Source: the human T2T-CHM13v2.0 reference genome, Homo sapiens
Length of the DNA: 64,000 bases
NCBI RefSeq assembly: GCF_009914755.1
Contig: NC_060942.1
Direction: 5' to 3' (one strand)
The notes below the pieces were generated by a model. The model was not told the DNA's origin. It made no database searches and saw only the letters and a list, made by a program, of their open reading frames with translations. Of the stretch, positions 28,681 through 44,260 are shown one piece after another. The position numbers were made by a program, and so were the translations under genes. Every line of letters starts with the position of its first letter. Within the stretch, counting starts at the first letter, position 1.

Positions 28681-29234
28681 TTCAGGCCCTTCTGTTTCCC
28701 TCCTCACTGATCTTCAGAGATTTGAGCCTGAAGCCAACTGCTGCAACTTCCTGTGTAAACAAAAACAGCCTGTCAAGATCCAAACAAAAAAATACAAACA
28801 TCTCCTTATGTAGCAGTTATAGCATTCATTTCTCTTGGAAGAAGACTTTACATATCCTCCTGAGAAGCTGGGTACCCCAATCTAAAATTATTAAGATTCT
28901 TAATTCATGAAGTTTTGAACAAAGTTTGGTCTCATTAAAAAAAAATTGATGGTGCTGCACAAAACACAACCATCTCTTTCATCTGAATGTTTTGAAAAGC
29001 TGCAAAAGTTATGGATTCCACTGTCAGAAGGAGACTCCTTTGATAAAGGAATGTTTTTAATTATTTAAATACCTTCACAGCAAGAGCTTACGGTGGGTTG
29101 GTTTCTATAAGTATTACTGGCGTCTCACTGCAGGTAACTGTGTAACTGTCAAAGCCACTGATTAAACAACCTGGCATGAGGCAAAGTATCAGCATGAGGA
29201 TGTGTATCCCACATATAAACATGCAGCGCCGTCT

Positions 29235-29430
29235 TAATTGTATATTTTTAAATAACTTAAAGAATGTCACTGGATTGCTTGTAACTCAAAAGATAAATGT
29301 GTAAGGGGTGGATGCTCCATTCCCCATGACGTGCTTGTTTCACACTGCATGCCTGTATCAAAACATCTCATATACCCCATAAATATATACACCATGTACC
29401 CACAAACATTTTTTAAATAATTTAAAAAAA
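29235..29430 (+). mobile_element. L1MA-type 3' end
   Basis: GTAACTCAAAAGATAAATG..GCATGCCTGTATCAAAACATCTCATATACCCCATAAATATATAC. Confidence 0.75.
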
Positions 29431-29570
29431 TTTTTTAAAGTGCTGCATGCAATATTAACAGCCATCTGTTTGCTATACTTTATTCACTTTCACCTCTGAG
29501 TAAACTGAAGTATTATTATATCCTAAACCACCACAGACTTCCAGGGTTCAGGTAGGAGGAATGCAATTCA

Positions 29571-30086
<516 letters not shown>

Positions 30087-30924
30087 TCAAAATGAGCACT
30101 GAAAAGGCTTTAAATGAGGTCAAAGTGGAACTGGCCAAAACCACTAAGTATTCTTTTTAACTTAGACAGCTAGATAAGAATACACAGAATTCTTCCCTCT
30201 CCTCTTTTCTCCTTTTCTTCCCTCCTATTGTCTTTTTTTTCTTTTTTTCCAAAAAAATTTAACAACACCTACTCTGTACAAACATTATACTAGACACTTG
30301 GGATACAGAGATAAATAAGAAGTGGTCCCACATGTCAGATCACCAACTATGGAAGTCAAAAAACTTAGGTCGTTCATTTGTTCATTCATTCATACAAATA
30401 GTACCTATTGAGCACCTACTGTGTACTGTGTGTAACCTACACTGTGGTCACAATAAAAAGCTCAGTTACCTAGGGATGTCAGTGAATGCTCATGCCACCT
30501 GGGCCAAAAATAAAGGGATGGTAGATGTTCAGGTTATCAATTTTCCCCCCTGCCTGTGTATTTCAAATATACGATAATAATAAAAACAATAAATGTGTTC
30601 AAATGATCCACTGTCTAAATCTTTGACATAAAAAATTATCACTAAGAGTAAATGGAATAAAATACCCATAAGGCACTAGGAGGTATCAGTTGAACTGAAA
30701 CACAGTAAAATGACTTATGTCAAAGATAAGAAACTGGAGACTAGAGGATCCCTGCAGAGTATGTAAAGATATCTTTCCCTTATTATGTAACTTTCTTGCC
30801 TGAAAGATGTGCCTCACCTGTTAAAACACTTGTATCTGCCTACTTAGACTTGAAAAAAGATTATTTTTCAACTCTTCAAAATGGAGAATGTCAGTGTACT
30901 TTGAACCATTTGTCAAAAATATAA

Positions 30925-31263
<339 letters not shown>

Positions 31264-31267
31264 CAAA

Positions 31268-31410
31268 CACCATTATTTGTAATGGTATATATATATATAC
31301 ACACATGCCATTATTCGTAATGGTATATACATATATACATGCCATTATTTGTAATGGTATATATATATATATATACATATATATACATGCCATTACATTA
31401 TTTGTAATGG

Positions 31411-31456
<46 letters not shown>

Positions 31457-31700
31457 CACACCATTATTTGTAATGGTGTGTGTGTATATATATATATGTA
31501 TATATACACACCATTATTTGTAATGATATATATATACACACCATTATTTGTAATGATATATATACACACCATTATTTGTAATGGTATATATATATGTATA
31601 CACACACACACACACACACACACCGTTATTTGTAATGGTATATATATATATACACCATTATTTGTAATGGTGTGTGTGTGTGTATATATACACATATATA

Positions 31701-31753
<53 letters not shown>

Positions 31754-31765
31754 CATTATTTGTAA
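31268..31765. repeat. Compound minisatellite: CCATTATTTGTAATGG cores separated by variable (TA)/(CA)/(TG) tracts
   Basis: 10 full cores and 1 partial core, starting at 31270, 31308, 31342, 31390, 31461, 31511, 31541, 31569, 31623, 31655 and 31753. Confidence 0.95.
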
Positions 31766-31877
31766 CTGCACCCAACAACGCACATCTTTCAGCTTCGTAT
31801 GTATATATTTTTTGTGAAGTATCTTTTTCTGCTATCATAGCCATTAAAATCAAGTATATAGAAATAAACTGAACTGA

Positions 31878-32247
<370 letters not shown>

Positions 32248-32350
32248 TAAACCAAGATTTTAAAATACGAAGAAGTATTTAATGTCTCAGTAAAGTGAGA
32301 ACAAAGGTTGTTTAACATAAATAAATGTTTTAGATTATTAGATGTTACTA

Positions 32351-34400
<2,050 letters not shown>

Positions 34401-34417
34401 TCAACTACAGTATAAGT

Positions 34418-34882
34418 CAGCAGTCCCCAACCCCCAGGCCACAAACCAGTACCTGTCCGTGGCCTGTCAGGAACCCAGCTGCACATCAGGAGGTGAGTGG
34501 TGGGTGAGTGAGCTTTACCACCTGAACTCTGCCTCCTGTCAGATCAGCCTGGACATTTGATTCTCATAGGAGCTCAAACCCCATGTGAACTGTGCATGCG
34601 AGGGATCTAGGTTGCATGTGCCTTATGAGAATCTAATGCCTGATGATCTGTCACTGTCTCCCTTCACTCCCAGATGGGACTGTCTAGTTGCAGGAAAACA
34701 AGCTCAGGGCTCCCACTGATTCTACATTATGGTGAGTAAGTAATAATAATAGAAATAAGGTGCGGAATAAATGTAATGTGCTTAAATCATCCCCAAACCA
34801 CCCCCATCTCACCCCGCCTGTCAATGGAAAAATTGTGTTCCACAAAACCGATCCCTGGTGCCAAAAAGGTTGGGGACCACTT
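34418..34882 (+). mobile_element. MER1A-like hAT-Charlie MITE
   Basis: CAGCAGTCCCCAACC ... GGTTGGGGACCACT termini. 8-bp TSD GTATAAGT (34410-34417) / GTATATGT (34883-34890). Confidence 0.82.
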
Positions 34883-34915
34883 GTATATGTTACAATTTTT
34901 GATAGTCAAAAGATA

Positions 34916-35225
34916 CAGTAGTCCCCCCTTATCTCTTGGGGAGACACTCCAAGACCCCCAGTGGATGCCTGAAACCACAGATAGTCCCCAACCCTATATA
35001 TACTGTATGTATAGTTGTTCCTATACATATAAACTTGTAATAAAGTTTAATTTATAAATCAGGCACAGTAAGAGATTAACAAGAATAATATAACAATTAG
35101 ACTGTTATAAAAGTTATATGAATGTGGTCTCTATCTCTCTTTCTTTCTCAAAATACTGAAATATTTTTGGGCCTCGACTGACCACATGTAACAAATCTCA
35201 GAGAGTGAAACATGGCCTTCTGTAT
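34916..35225 (+). mobile_element. MER6-like Tigger MITE
   Basis: TA-CAGTAGTCCCCCCTTATC..CCAAGACCCCCAGTGGATGCCTGAAACC. Confidence 0.7.
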
Positions 35226-35284
35226 TATAAAGACAGTAAAAAAGGTATGCCTTGAAACAAGATTTTTAGAGCACATATGATGAA

Positions 35285-35845
35285 TTGTTTCTATTCTATA
35301 TTGTTGTGTAACTACAAATTTTCTGACTGGAAACAATAATTATTTTATTACCTGTGAGTCTCTGAATCAGGAAATTGGGCTGAGATCAATGGGCAGTTCT
35401 CTTTCCTGGAGCATAAGTGGGGATCACAGGTGCAACCAGCTGAGAGTTTGGCTGAGGCTTCCAAGACAGTTTCATTTGTATGGATAGAGCATCAGCTGAG
35501 GCGGTTGGAATGAGTAGGGGCTGCCTGGGCCTCTCTTTCTCTGTATACCATGTCTCATCCTGTGGAAAGTCTCTCTGCGTGGCCTCTCTCTCCATCAGGA
35601 TAGCTGGAGCTTTTCGCACAGCCGCTAACTTCCAAGATGGTGAAATGGAAACCATAAGGCCTCTAAGGCTTTGGCCTGGAGATAATGCAGCATCTCTGCC
35701 ATATTCTATTGATCAAAGCAACGCACAGGGCCACCTCCAATCCAAGAGGAGGTGCGATAACCCCACCTCACGATGAAAGGTGGCAGGTGGCGTGCACCTG
35801 CAGGGATGAGAGGAATTCTTGGCAGCCTTTTCTGCCAACATTCTA
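35285..35845 (-). mobile_element. Old MaLR LTR (MLT1-type)
   Basis: Degenerate MLT1 reverse features: TTGTGTAAC, TCAGGAAATTGGG, ATATTCTATTGATCAAAGCAA, GGCAGCC..TCTGCC. Subfamily uncertain. Confidence 0.5.
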
Positions 35846-35849
35846 TGCA

Positions 35850-36760
35850 CTGATAAGGTTTTAATATCCAAAATATGTAAAGGATTCCCATGAATCATCA
35901 AGAAAAAGACAAAAATAGAAAAATGCAAAAACACAGACATCCATAGAAGAGAAACATGAATGGCCTGTAAACATATGGAAAGATGTTTACTCTCATCATT
36001 CAAGAAAAATAGATTAAATCTACCAAAGAGTGAAAATTTAAAAGTCAGACAAGACCAGTGATGGTGGGAACTGTTATATAGAGCTAATGAGATGTAAAAT
36101 TACACATTACTTGAGAAAACAATTTCGCATCGCCTAGTAAAGATAAGTGTATATACACAGCAGTTCCACCCTTGGGAAAATTCTTGTGCGTATGTCCTGA
36201 AGACAAGTAAAATAATATTCTTAGGAGGATTTGGGAGGTTGGGGGGAAATACTAAAAACAAACTAAATGCCAATCAACGATTGAATGGAGAAATAAGCAG
36301 TAGTGGATTCATATCATGCAATACTCTAATCCACAGCTAGATGTGCCTCAATGTGGATGAAGCTTGAAAACATGATGTTGAAATGCAAAAGTGTCACAGA
36401 AGGCAATTTCAGTGTAATTCTATTTATACACAAAGCTCACAAACAGGAAAACTAAGCAATATATTGTTTAGAGGGCCAAACTTATAAATCCGTGCGTGCG
36501 CGTGTGCGCACACATGCACACACATGCACACACTCACATATGTATGGGGGAAATGCTTAGCCCAAATTTCAGGATAGAGGATAACTGGAGTGGGGAGAGG
36601 GAGGAAGCAAACATGGACTTCAAAGATACTGGTAATATTCTCTCTCACTCTCTCTCCTTTGAGCTCAATCATAGTTATACAGGTGTTTGTTCAAATATTA
36701 TTCAAATATTTTTAGTTCTGATAGTATTGGCTATATACACATTTTGCATGTAGAATGCAT
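35850..36760 (+). mobile_element. Ancient L1 (L1ME-type) 3' fragment
   Basis: AAATGGC..TAAACATATGGAAAGATGTT and CAAACTAAATGCC remnants. Confidence 0.55.
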
Positions 36761-36768
36761 TTTTTTAA

Positions 36769-37060
<292 letters not shown>

Positions 37061-37673
37061 TAAAGTGGCAAAGGATCTTTCAATAAATTGCTGAGAACAA
37101 AACACCTTGATGACATGAACAAAAAAATGATACTTTCATGTATGACTGTGGGAAGGACTTCAAATTGGCATGTGACTCAATCCTTTCTTGTTCCCATACA
37201 CTGAAATACTTGGAGACGAAATGTCTGGGAATTGCTTCCAAATAATCTGACGGGGGTAGATAATGATGCAACCGTATTGACCGTGAGTTGGTCACTGCTG
37301 AAGCTGGGTTCATTTGTACTCTTCTCCCTACTGTTGTGTACGTGTGAGGAGGAGGGGTAAGAGGGGACAAGGGTAGAGAACGCTCACCAGAAGATAACTG
37401 GAACAAGTGAGGATATTTATAGGTTATCTGAATGCTAAGCATTCCCTGCTATAAAGCATAAAACAGAGTAGATTAAAAAAGAAAGGGGAACAAAATGAAG
37501 GGGAACTCGCCAGCTTTTTACATGCAGGGAAGAGTCTAGTTGGCCAGAACACATAAAATGTGCAAGCATGAGAACGCGAAAGACCCAGCCAGGCTGGCAG
37601 GGGAGGTGGGGGAGGAGGTGGGATCTGGAAGGCCAGCCATGGATGGCTCTAGAGCTGTGCACGAGTCCATCCC

Positions 37674-37674
<1 letters not shown>

Positions 37675-37704
<30 letters not shown>
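37675..37704. repeat. (CTG)10 / (CAG)10 trinucleotide repeat
   Basis: Ten uninterrupted CTG units. Confidence 0.97.
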
Positions 37705-38901
37705 AGAAGCTTCAGGGCTGTGCTGTGGCCCTGAGCCCTTGGGCTGGCCAGAGGAAGCCCACAAACAGGACACTGTGGCCATCCTGTAGTGCCACATTGG
37801 CTATCAGCCACCCGACTTGCGTGGTCTATGACAGAGGAAGCCCCATCACCAGACTCTCCCCTTCTAAGACCGACTCCAAGACTGAGACTCTGACTGCCCT
37901 CTGAAGACTCTGACTCTGGACTTCCATGGCTTGCAGCTGCCAACCCAGTGCCCACCATACCTGAGTACCCAGCAGCCCTTCACAGGGCTCAGGCCACCCC
38001 CAACTTCCACCCCCTAAGTTCACAGGCTCACCTCCTATGCTTAGCCAAGTAGACCCCTGCAGTTCTGAACGTGCTCCCATTCTGGCTTCTACTCCTTTGT
38101 ATGTGTTCTTCCCTCTGCCTAAAAGCCTTCTGCTCCTCCCTACTCCTTGTTCTCTTGGCCAGTTCATAGTCATTTTGCCAGAATGGGCTCAAGTGTCCTC
38201 CTCCTCCAGGGAGGCTTCTCCCTGACTCCGCAAGCCAAGCAGAACTGTTCGTCCCCTGCTACACAGCATCGTCCTGGGGCCTGTAAGTACCTGCAACACG
38301 GCCGGCTCTTTCCACCCTGCTGAACTGTTTCTCTGCTAAACACTGGAGCCTCTTCTAGAGGAACCCGAAGATGAGTTTTCAGCTCTGTTAGGAGGTACTC
38401 ATTGGAGCCAGAAAATGAAGGAAATTGTTCTCTTCCAATCACAATTGTGGAGGAACTCTTTTTTTCTCTCTCTCCTATCTCTGTGACCAGCATTATACAT
38501 AGAAAAATGGTCTCAAAAAGCACATGTTTGCTATTTCGACGACTGTAGAAAGTATCAGAGGAAGGCGATTATGTTTGCAAGGGGATGTTGTAGTTTAATC
38601 CTGGTTTTGTTCTTTTCAATTTTCCATAATTATGTGTTGCTGTGATTTAGATGAAATTAGCCTAGACAAGTATTGCTGAAATAAAGGACTGCAGTTGATG
38701 CCTTCCTCCCCTGTATATGGGTCCCTCTTCATATTAAATGACCGCTTTCACCAACCTCCACCAGAGGCAAAGTCACACCAACCCCTGAGTGAGCCAGGGT
38801 GGAGCGAAAAGGAGAGGAGAGAGAAGGTACTGAGTTTTAGAAAGCTGTAATACCAGTCCCCTTCTTACAGGGAAAGAGAGATCTGGCTCATTAAACATTA
38901 A

Positions 38902-39200
38902 GTTGGGCACGGTGGCTCATGCCTGTAATCCCATCACTTTGGGAGGCTGAGGCAGGCAGATTACTTGAGGTCAGGAGTTCAAGACCAGACTGGCCAACAT
39001 GGTGAAACCCCGTCTCTATGAAAAATACAAAAAATTAGCCAGGCGTGGTGGCGCACACCTGTAATCCTAGCTACTCAAGAGGCTGAGGCAAGAGAACCGC
39101 TTGAACCTGGGAGGCAGGGGTTGCAGTGAGCCGAGATTGTGCCACTGCACTCCAGCCTGTGTAAGACAGCGAGACTGTGTCTCAAAAAATAAAATTAAAT
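38902..39200 (+). mobile_element. AluS
   Basis: Full dimer. Confidence 0.9.
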
Positions 39201-40248
39201 ATTAATCATTTATAAAACTACATCAAGAAACCTATGCTAAAAAGGAAGATGTGGTTGGACTGGTTCATTTTTCTCCTCCAGTTTAGAGCTCCCATGCTTA
39301 TTAATCCAAGAAGAAGAACAAAGCTAGCTGTAGCCAAACTTGGCGATTTAAATATCTGTCATATCCATGGCATCTGTTTTTATTTAGTAATATTGTATAT
39401 TTTTATCCAGCACTGTTCTATTTCACATATGATATAGTACATGTGCAATGTTTTGGATCATATCTACGGTACAGAACAGAGGGCAATTACCCTAATTTAT
39501 GGGTGATCCCAATTGTCACTTCCCCCCAACAGCAATGGAGTTTTTCAATATCCTCAGAATAAATCCCTCCTCTGGAGCAGTAAACATAATATGACAGTGT
39601 GTCAACCATGGATTTGTTTCAAGATTATTTACTTAGAATTCAACAACACTGCTGGCCCACGGAGTGCCCCGTCAGCAAAGGCTGCATTGTTTGAAGTAGC
39701 TTGGGGAAACAGCCAGGGTTTCAGAATCCAAAGAATGTAGTTTTCCTAAATACCTCAGGATTATGAGATGCTATAGAACTAATAAATTTGCTCCTTAAAA
39801 TAGTCCAGAAGGAATCCTTAACCATGGCTACATGTTTGAAAGTTTAGGTTATTAATGGGGAGAGAGAATGCTGTTTCGTCCCTTGGGCTCATATAATGAG
39901 TACCACGGGTAACTTTTTTCTCCCTTTCTTCTCTTTATGATTATTTTTAAAAGGATAAATTCCAGAGGTGGAGAACATTTTGGAAAACAAGGAAATAGTA
40001 ACGAAATGATGAAATGTTGAGAGATGATGTGCAAGAGACCCATGCAATGAAAGCCTTTTAAGTTGGAAAATGCTTACCTGGTGCTGATTGTTGTTTCTCG
40101 GGATGGCGAGTTGGGCAGTTTCATCCACCTATGGATAAACTGGATGGTGCTCTGTAGGTGTAACCAGTAATATAGTAACTGGAATCGAATGTTCTACAAC
40201 TGGTTTCTTGTTTTCATACAGGCGGTAACTAGATCTAACCTATATTTA

Positions 40249-40321
40249 TTAGGTTGGTGCAAAAATAATTAAAAGTAATGGCAAAAAAAAAAAAACCGCA
40301 ATTACGTTTGCACCAACCTAA
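40249..40321. mobile_element. MADE1 (Hsmar1-derived MITE) with internal deletion
   Basis: TTAGGTTGGTGCAAA ... TTTGCACCAACCTAA inverted termini, preceded by TA. Confidence 0.9.
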
Positions 40322-41529
40322 AACATCATATTTTAAAAGTTTTAAAGCACTTTCCCATCTGCAATCTAATTTTTCTCACAGTCACTCAGAGAAAGAAGTT
40401 ATGATTATCACCAATTACAAATGAGGAAGTTCAAGCCCAGAAGACTTAGCAACTTGCCTAAGTTCACCTGGAAAATGGGTGGAAGTGTGTGGATGAAAAC
40501 TCTGGTCTCTTAGTTCAGTGGTCATAACCTCTAGCCTATCCATGATGTATTTAGTTGTGCAAATTCAAATTTTATGAAGCATGCACAGAGACTTCATCCA
40601 TAGTAATGAACTTTTTAACTGAGAGCAAGTGTTTCCAGAATAAAAAATCCGCTGCTCAGCCCCCATTGCAGCTTCATGTGTCCAGTGGAATGTGAGCAGA
40701 AAGGATGAAGACAACTTTTGGTACATAAAAGTCTTGTGCATTCCCCTGTCTTGGCCAAGGTCCCCCTGAGAGTAGAATCTAAAGCTAAAACTCAACTGCA
40801 GGTTTATTTTGGAAACGATCTCAGGGAGCAAGGGTGAGGGATAGAGAGGGTGGCAAGAAAGAGGCCAGGTCAATGCAAGAAAGAGGTACTAAGTTGGCCA
40901 CTCTTATGGGTGACTGGTGCTCAATCCCACAGGACCTTCTGATGGGAAGACACAAGGGGGAAATATCCACTGATACTAGACTGTCATTGATCAAGGTGTT
41001 AAATCTACACTGCTATGATGCCTGAGATGCCCCAGAACAGAAATTGAGAGGCTTGGGGCATGGGCCAAGGTGAGGTACTAACAGGTTGCAATTGTGCAAA
41101 CTGGCAAAGTCTGCACAGATCTGATCATCACACGAGTAGTTAGGTGGGGCTGACAGGATTTGAAGCCATCTTTAAGAAGTTTCCCTTCCTGCTGGGTAAG
41201 ATGCCTGTGGTAGTAAGCCGGCTTAGACCACGTAGACAAGGGCAAACCATCTGGGAGGCCTGGGGCGATAATACTGAAGAATCTTGGCATCCTGGAAATA
41301 TCTGAGCAGCCATGTGAACTTGAGCTGTACAAGAGAGAAATAAATCTATTTCATTTAAGCAACCCTTATTGTGTAAACTAATAAAAAGTACATCTGATAA
41401 TCATGAGCTGCAAACATCAAACTGGAGAGACTTGTTTAGACCAGTGAATAAAAATTTTAGGTGTTACTAAGCAGCAAAGCCATGGTCCACATGATGAGCA
41501 CATTGAAAATTTCACCTCTATTTGGCTCA

Positions 41530-42025
<496 letters not shown>

Positions 42026-42490
42026 TCATTGTATCATACCAGTTATTAAGGAGAATTGATATAGCTTTAGAACACTAAATATACCCCTCACTGAATAATT
42101 AAACTTTTAGCTAGTAAGTGACTAAATTTGACAGAGCCTTGAATAGGGTATATAAAGGGACTGTGTTAACTGCTTTCCTTCAACGTGCATGTACTGACTT
42201 GAAGAAAAATCTGTGCCACATTATGAAGGAGGAAGTAGGTACAGGGAGTGGGGGATAACTTGACCAAAGTGGCCCAACTCAAAACTGGCAGACATGCAGA
42301 GCTAGCATTTGAACCCAGGCATGTTTGACTCAAAAGTCCCTGCTTTACTCATTATGCTAAATCTGACTGAAGAAAGTTTTAGCTTTGATACTCTCTGGGA
42401 CGCTAGAACACCTAAAATAAATAGTTTGCTTGCCTGGTGCTTAAAGGGAGGGCCTTAAAGGAAGAGGACGACGTCAAGATCAGAAGACTT

Positions 42491-42785
42491 GGCCATGCAT
42501 GGTGGCTCACCCTGTAATCCCAGCACTTTGGAAGGCTGAGGCAGGAGGATCACTGAGCCCAAGACTTGAGACCAGCTTGGACAACATAGTGAGACCCCCA
42601 TCTCTACAAAAAATAAAAAAGTCAGCTGAGTGTGGTAGCTCATACCTATAGTCCCAGCTACTTGGGAGGCTTAGGTGGGAGGATCACTTGAGCCCAGGAG
42701 ATCGAGGCTGCAGTGAGCCAGGATTGTGCCACTGCACTCCAGCCTGGGCAACAGAGGAAGATTCTGTCTCAAAAATAAATAAAAA
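42491..42785 (+). mobile_element. AluJ
   Basis: Dimer with TSD resembling AAGATCAGAAGAC. Confidence 0.88.
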
Positions 42786-43639
42786 GATCAGAAGACCAGT
42801 GTTGTTCTCTGTGTGAATAGGAAACAGCTGAGACTGTCTGACCTCAGGTGCTTCCTTGATAAAACGGGAATAACACAACCTACCTCACAGGCTTTTGGAG
42901 ATGTTAAATGAGTGTATGTGTATATAGAAGTGCTTTATAAACCATAAAGTACTACATTTACTTACTGTGGGCCATGCACAGTATTAAAGCACTTTACATG
43001 GATAATCTCCTTTAATCACCACTACAACCCTACGAGCTAATTATTCTTCTGTTTGTTGTATAGGAATTTGAAGTTCAGCTTGCCCGTGGCCAAGTAACTA
43101 GCAGAAGGAGGAGGCTGGTGTTCAAAGGCAGCCACAAAGGGCTTATGGGCCCACACTCAAGCCCCCCACCACTCGTCTGCCCTGTACACGTGATCATATG
43201 GCCACCACCTACATATTTACATACCACCTACATAATGTGGACAACCCGTCTCAGATTCAAATTGACTCTGTAGCTGCAACATTCCTGCCTTCTCCTCACT
43301 GGAGTATTAACAGGCTCTGGTAGAAGTGGAATGATGACAATCAGAGGACAGACATCTCTCTGGGAGCTGCTTTTCCCTAAGACCAGGGATACAATTTCTG
43401 AACACATTCTTAATTTTATCCCATGTATCTAGACATTAATCCTAGTCTGATAAATTCCTGGAGTGCCCTCACGCTACATTTAAACTTCTTTATTTTTGTG
43501 TATTATAATTCACCCTTAATGAATCAGGAATTCTAAGGTAACTCTTTATCTTAAATAGTACCTGAGCATAAAATATATAGCTTATGTTTTAGTCTCTAAA
43601 ATTTGACTGTGTTGGGAAATTAAGATGTTTACAGTTCTA

Positions 43640-44260
<621 letters not shown>

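Noticed and set aside
31268-31765. CRISPR-like repeat-spacer appearance
   Set aside because: Human DNA, no cas genes, 16-bp core, and spacers are dinucleotide microsatellite of irregular length rather than unique sequence. Reported as a minisatellite.
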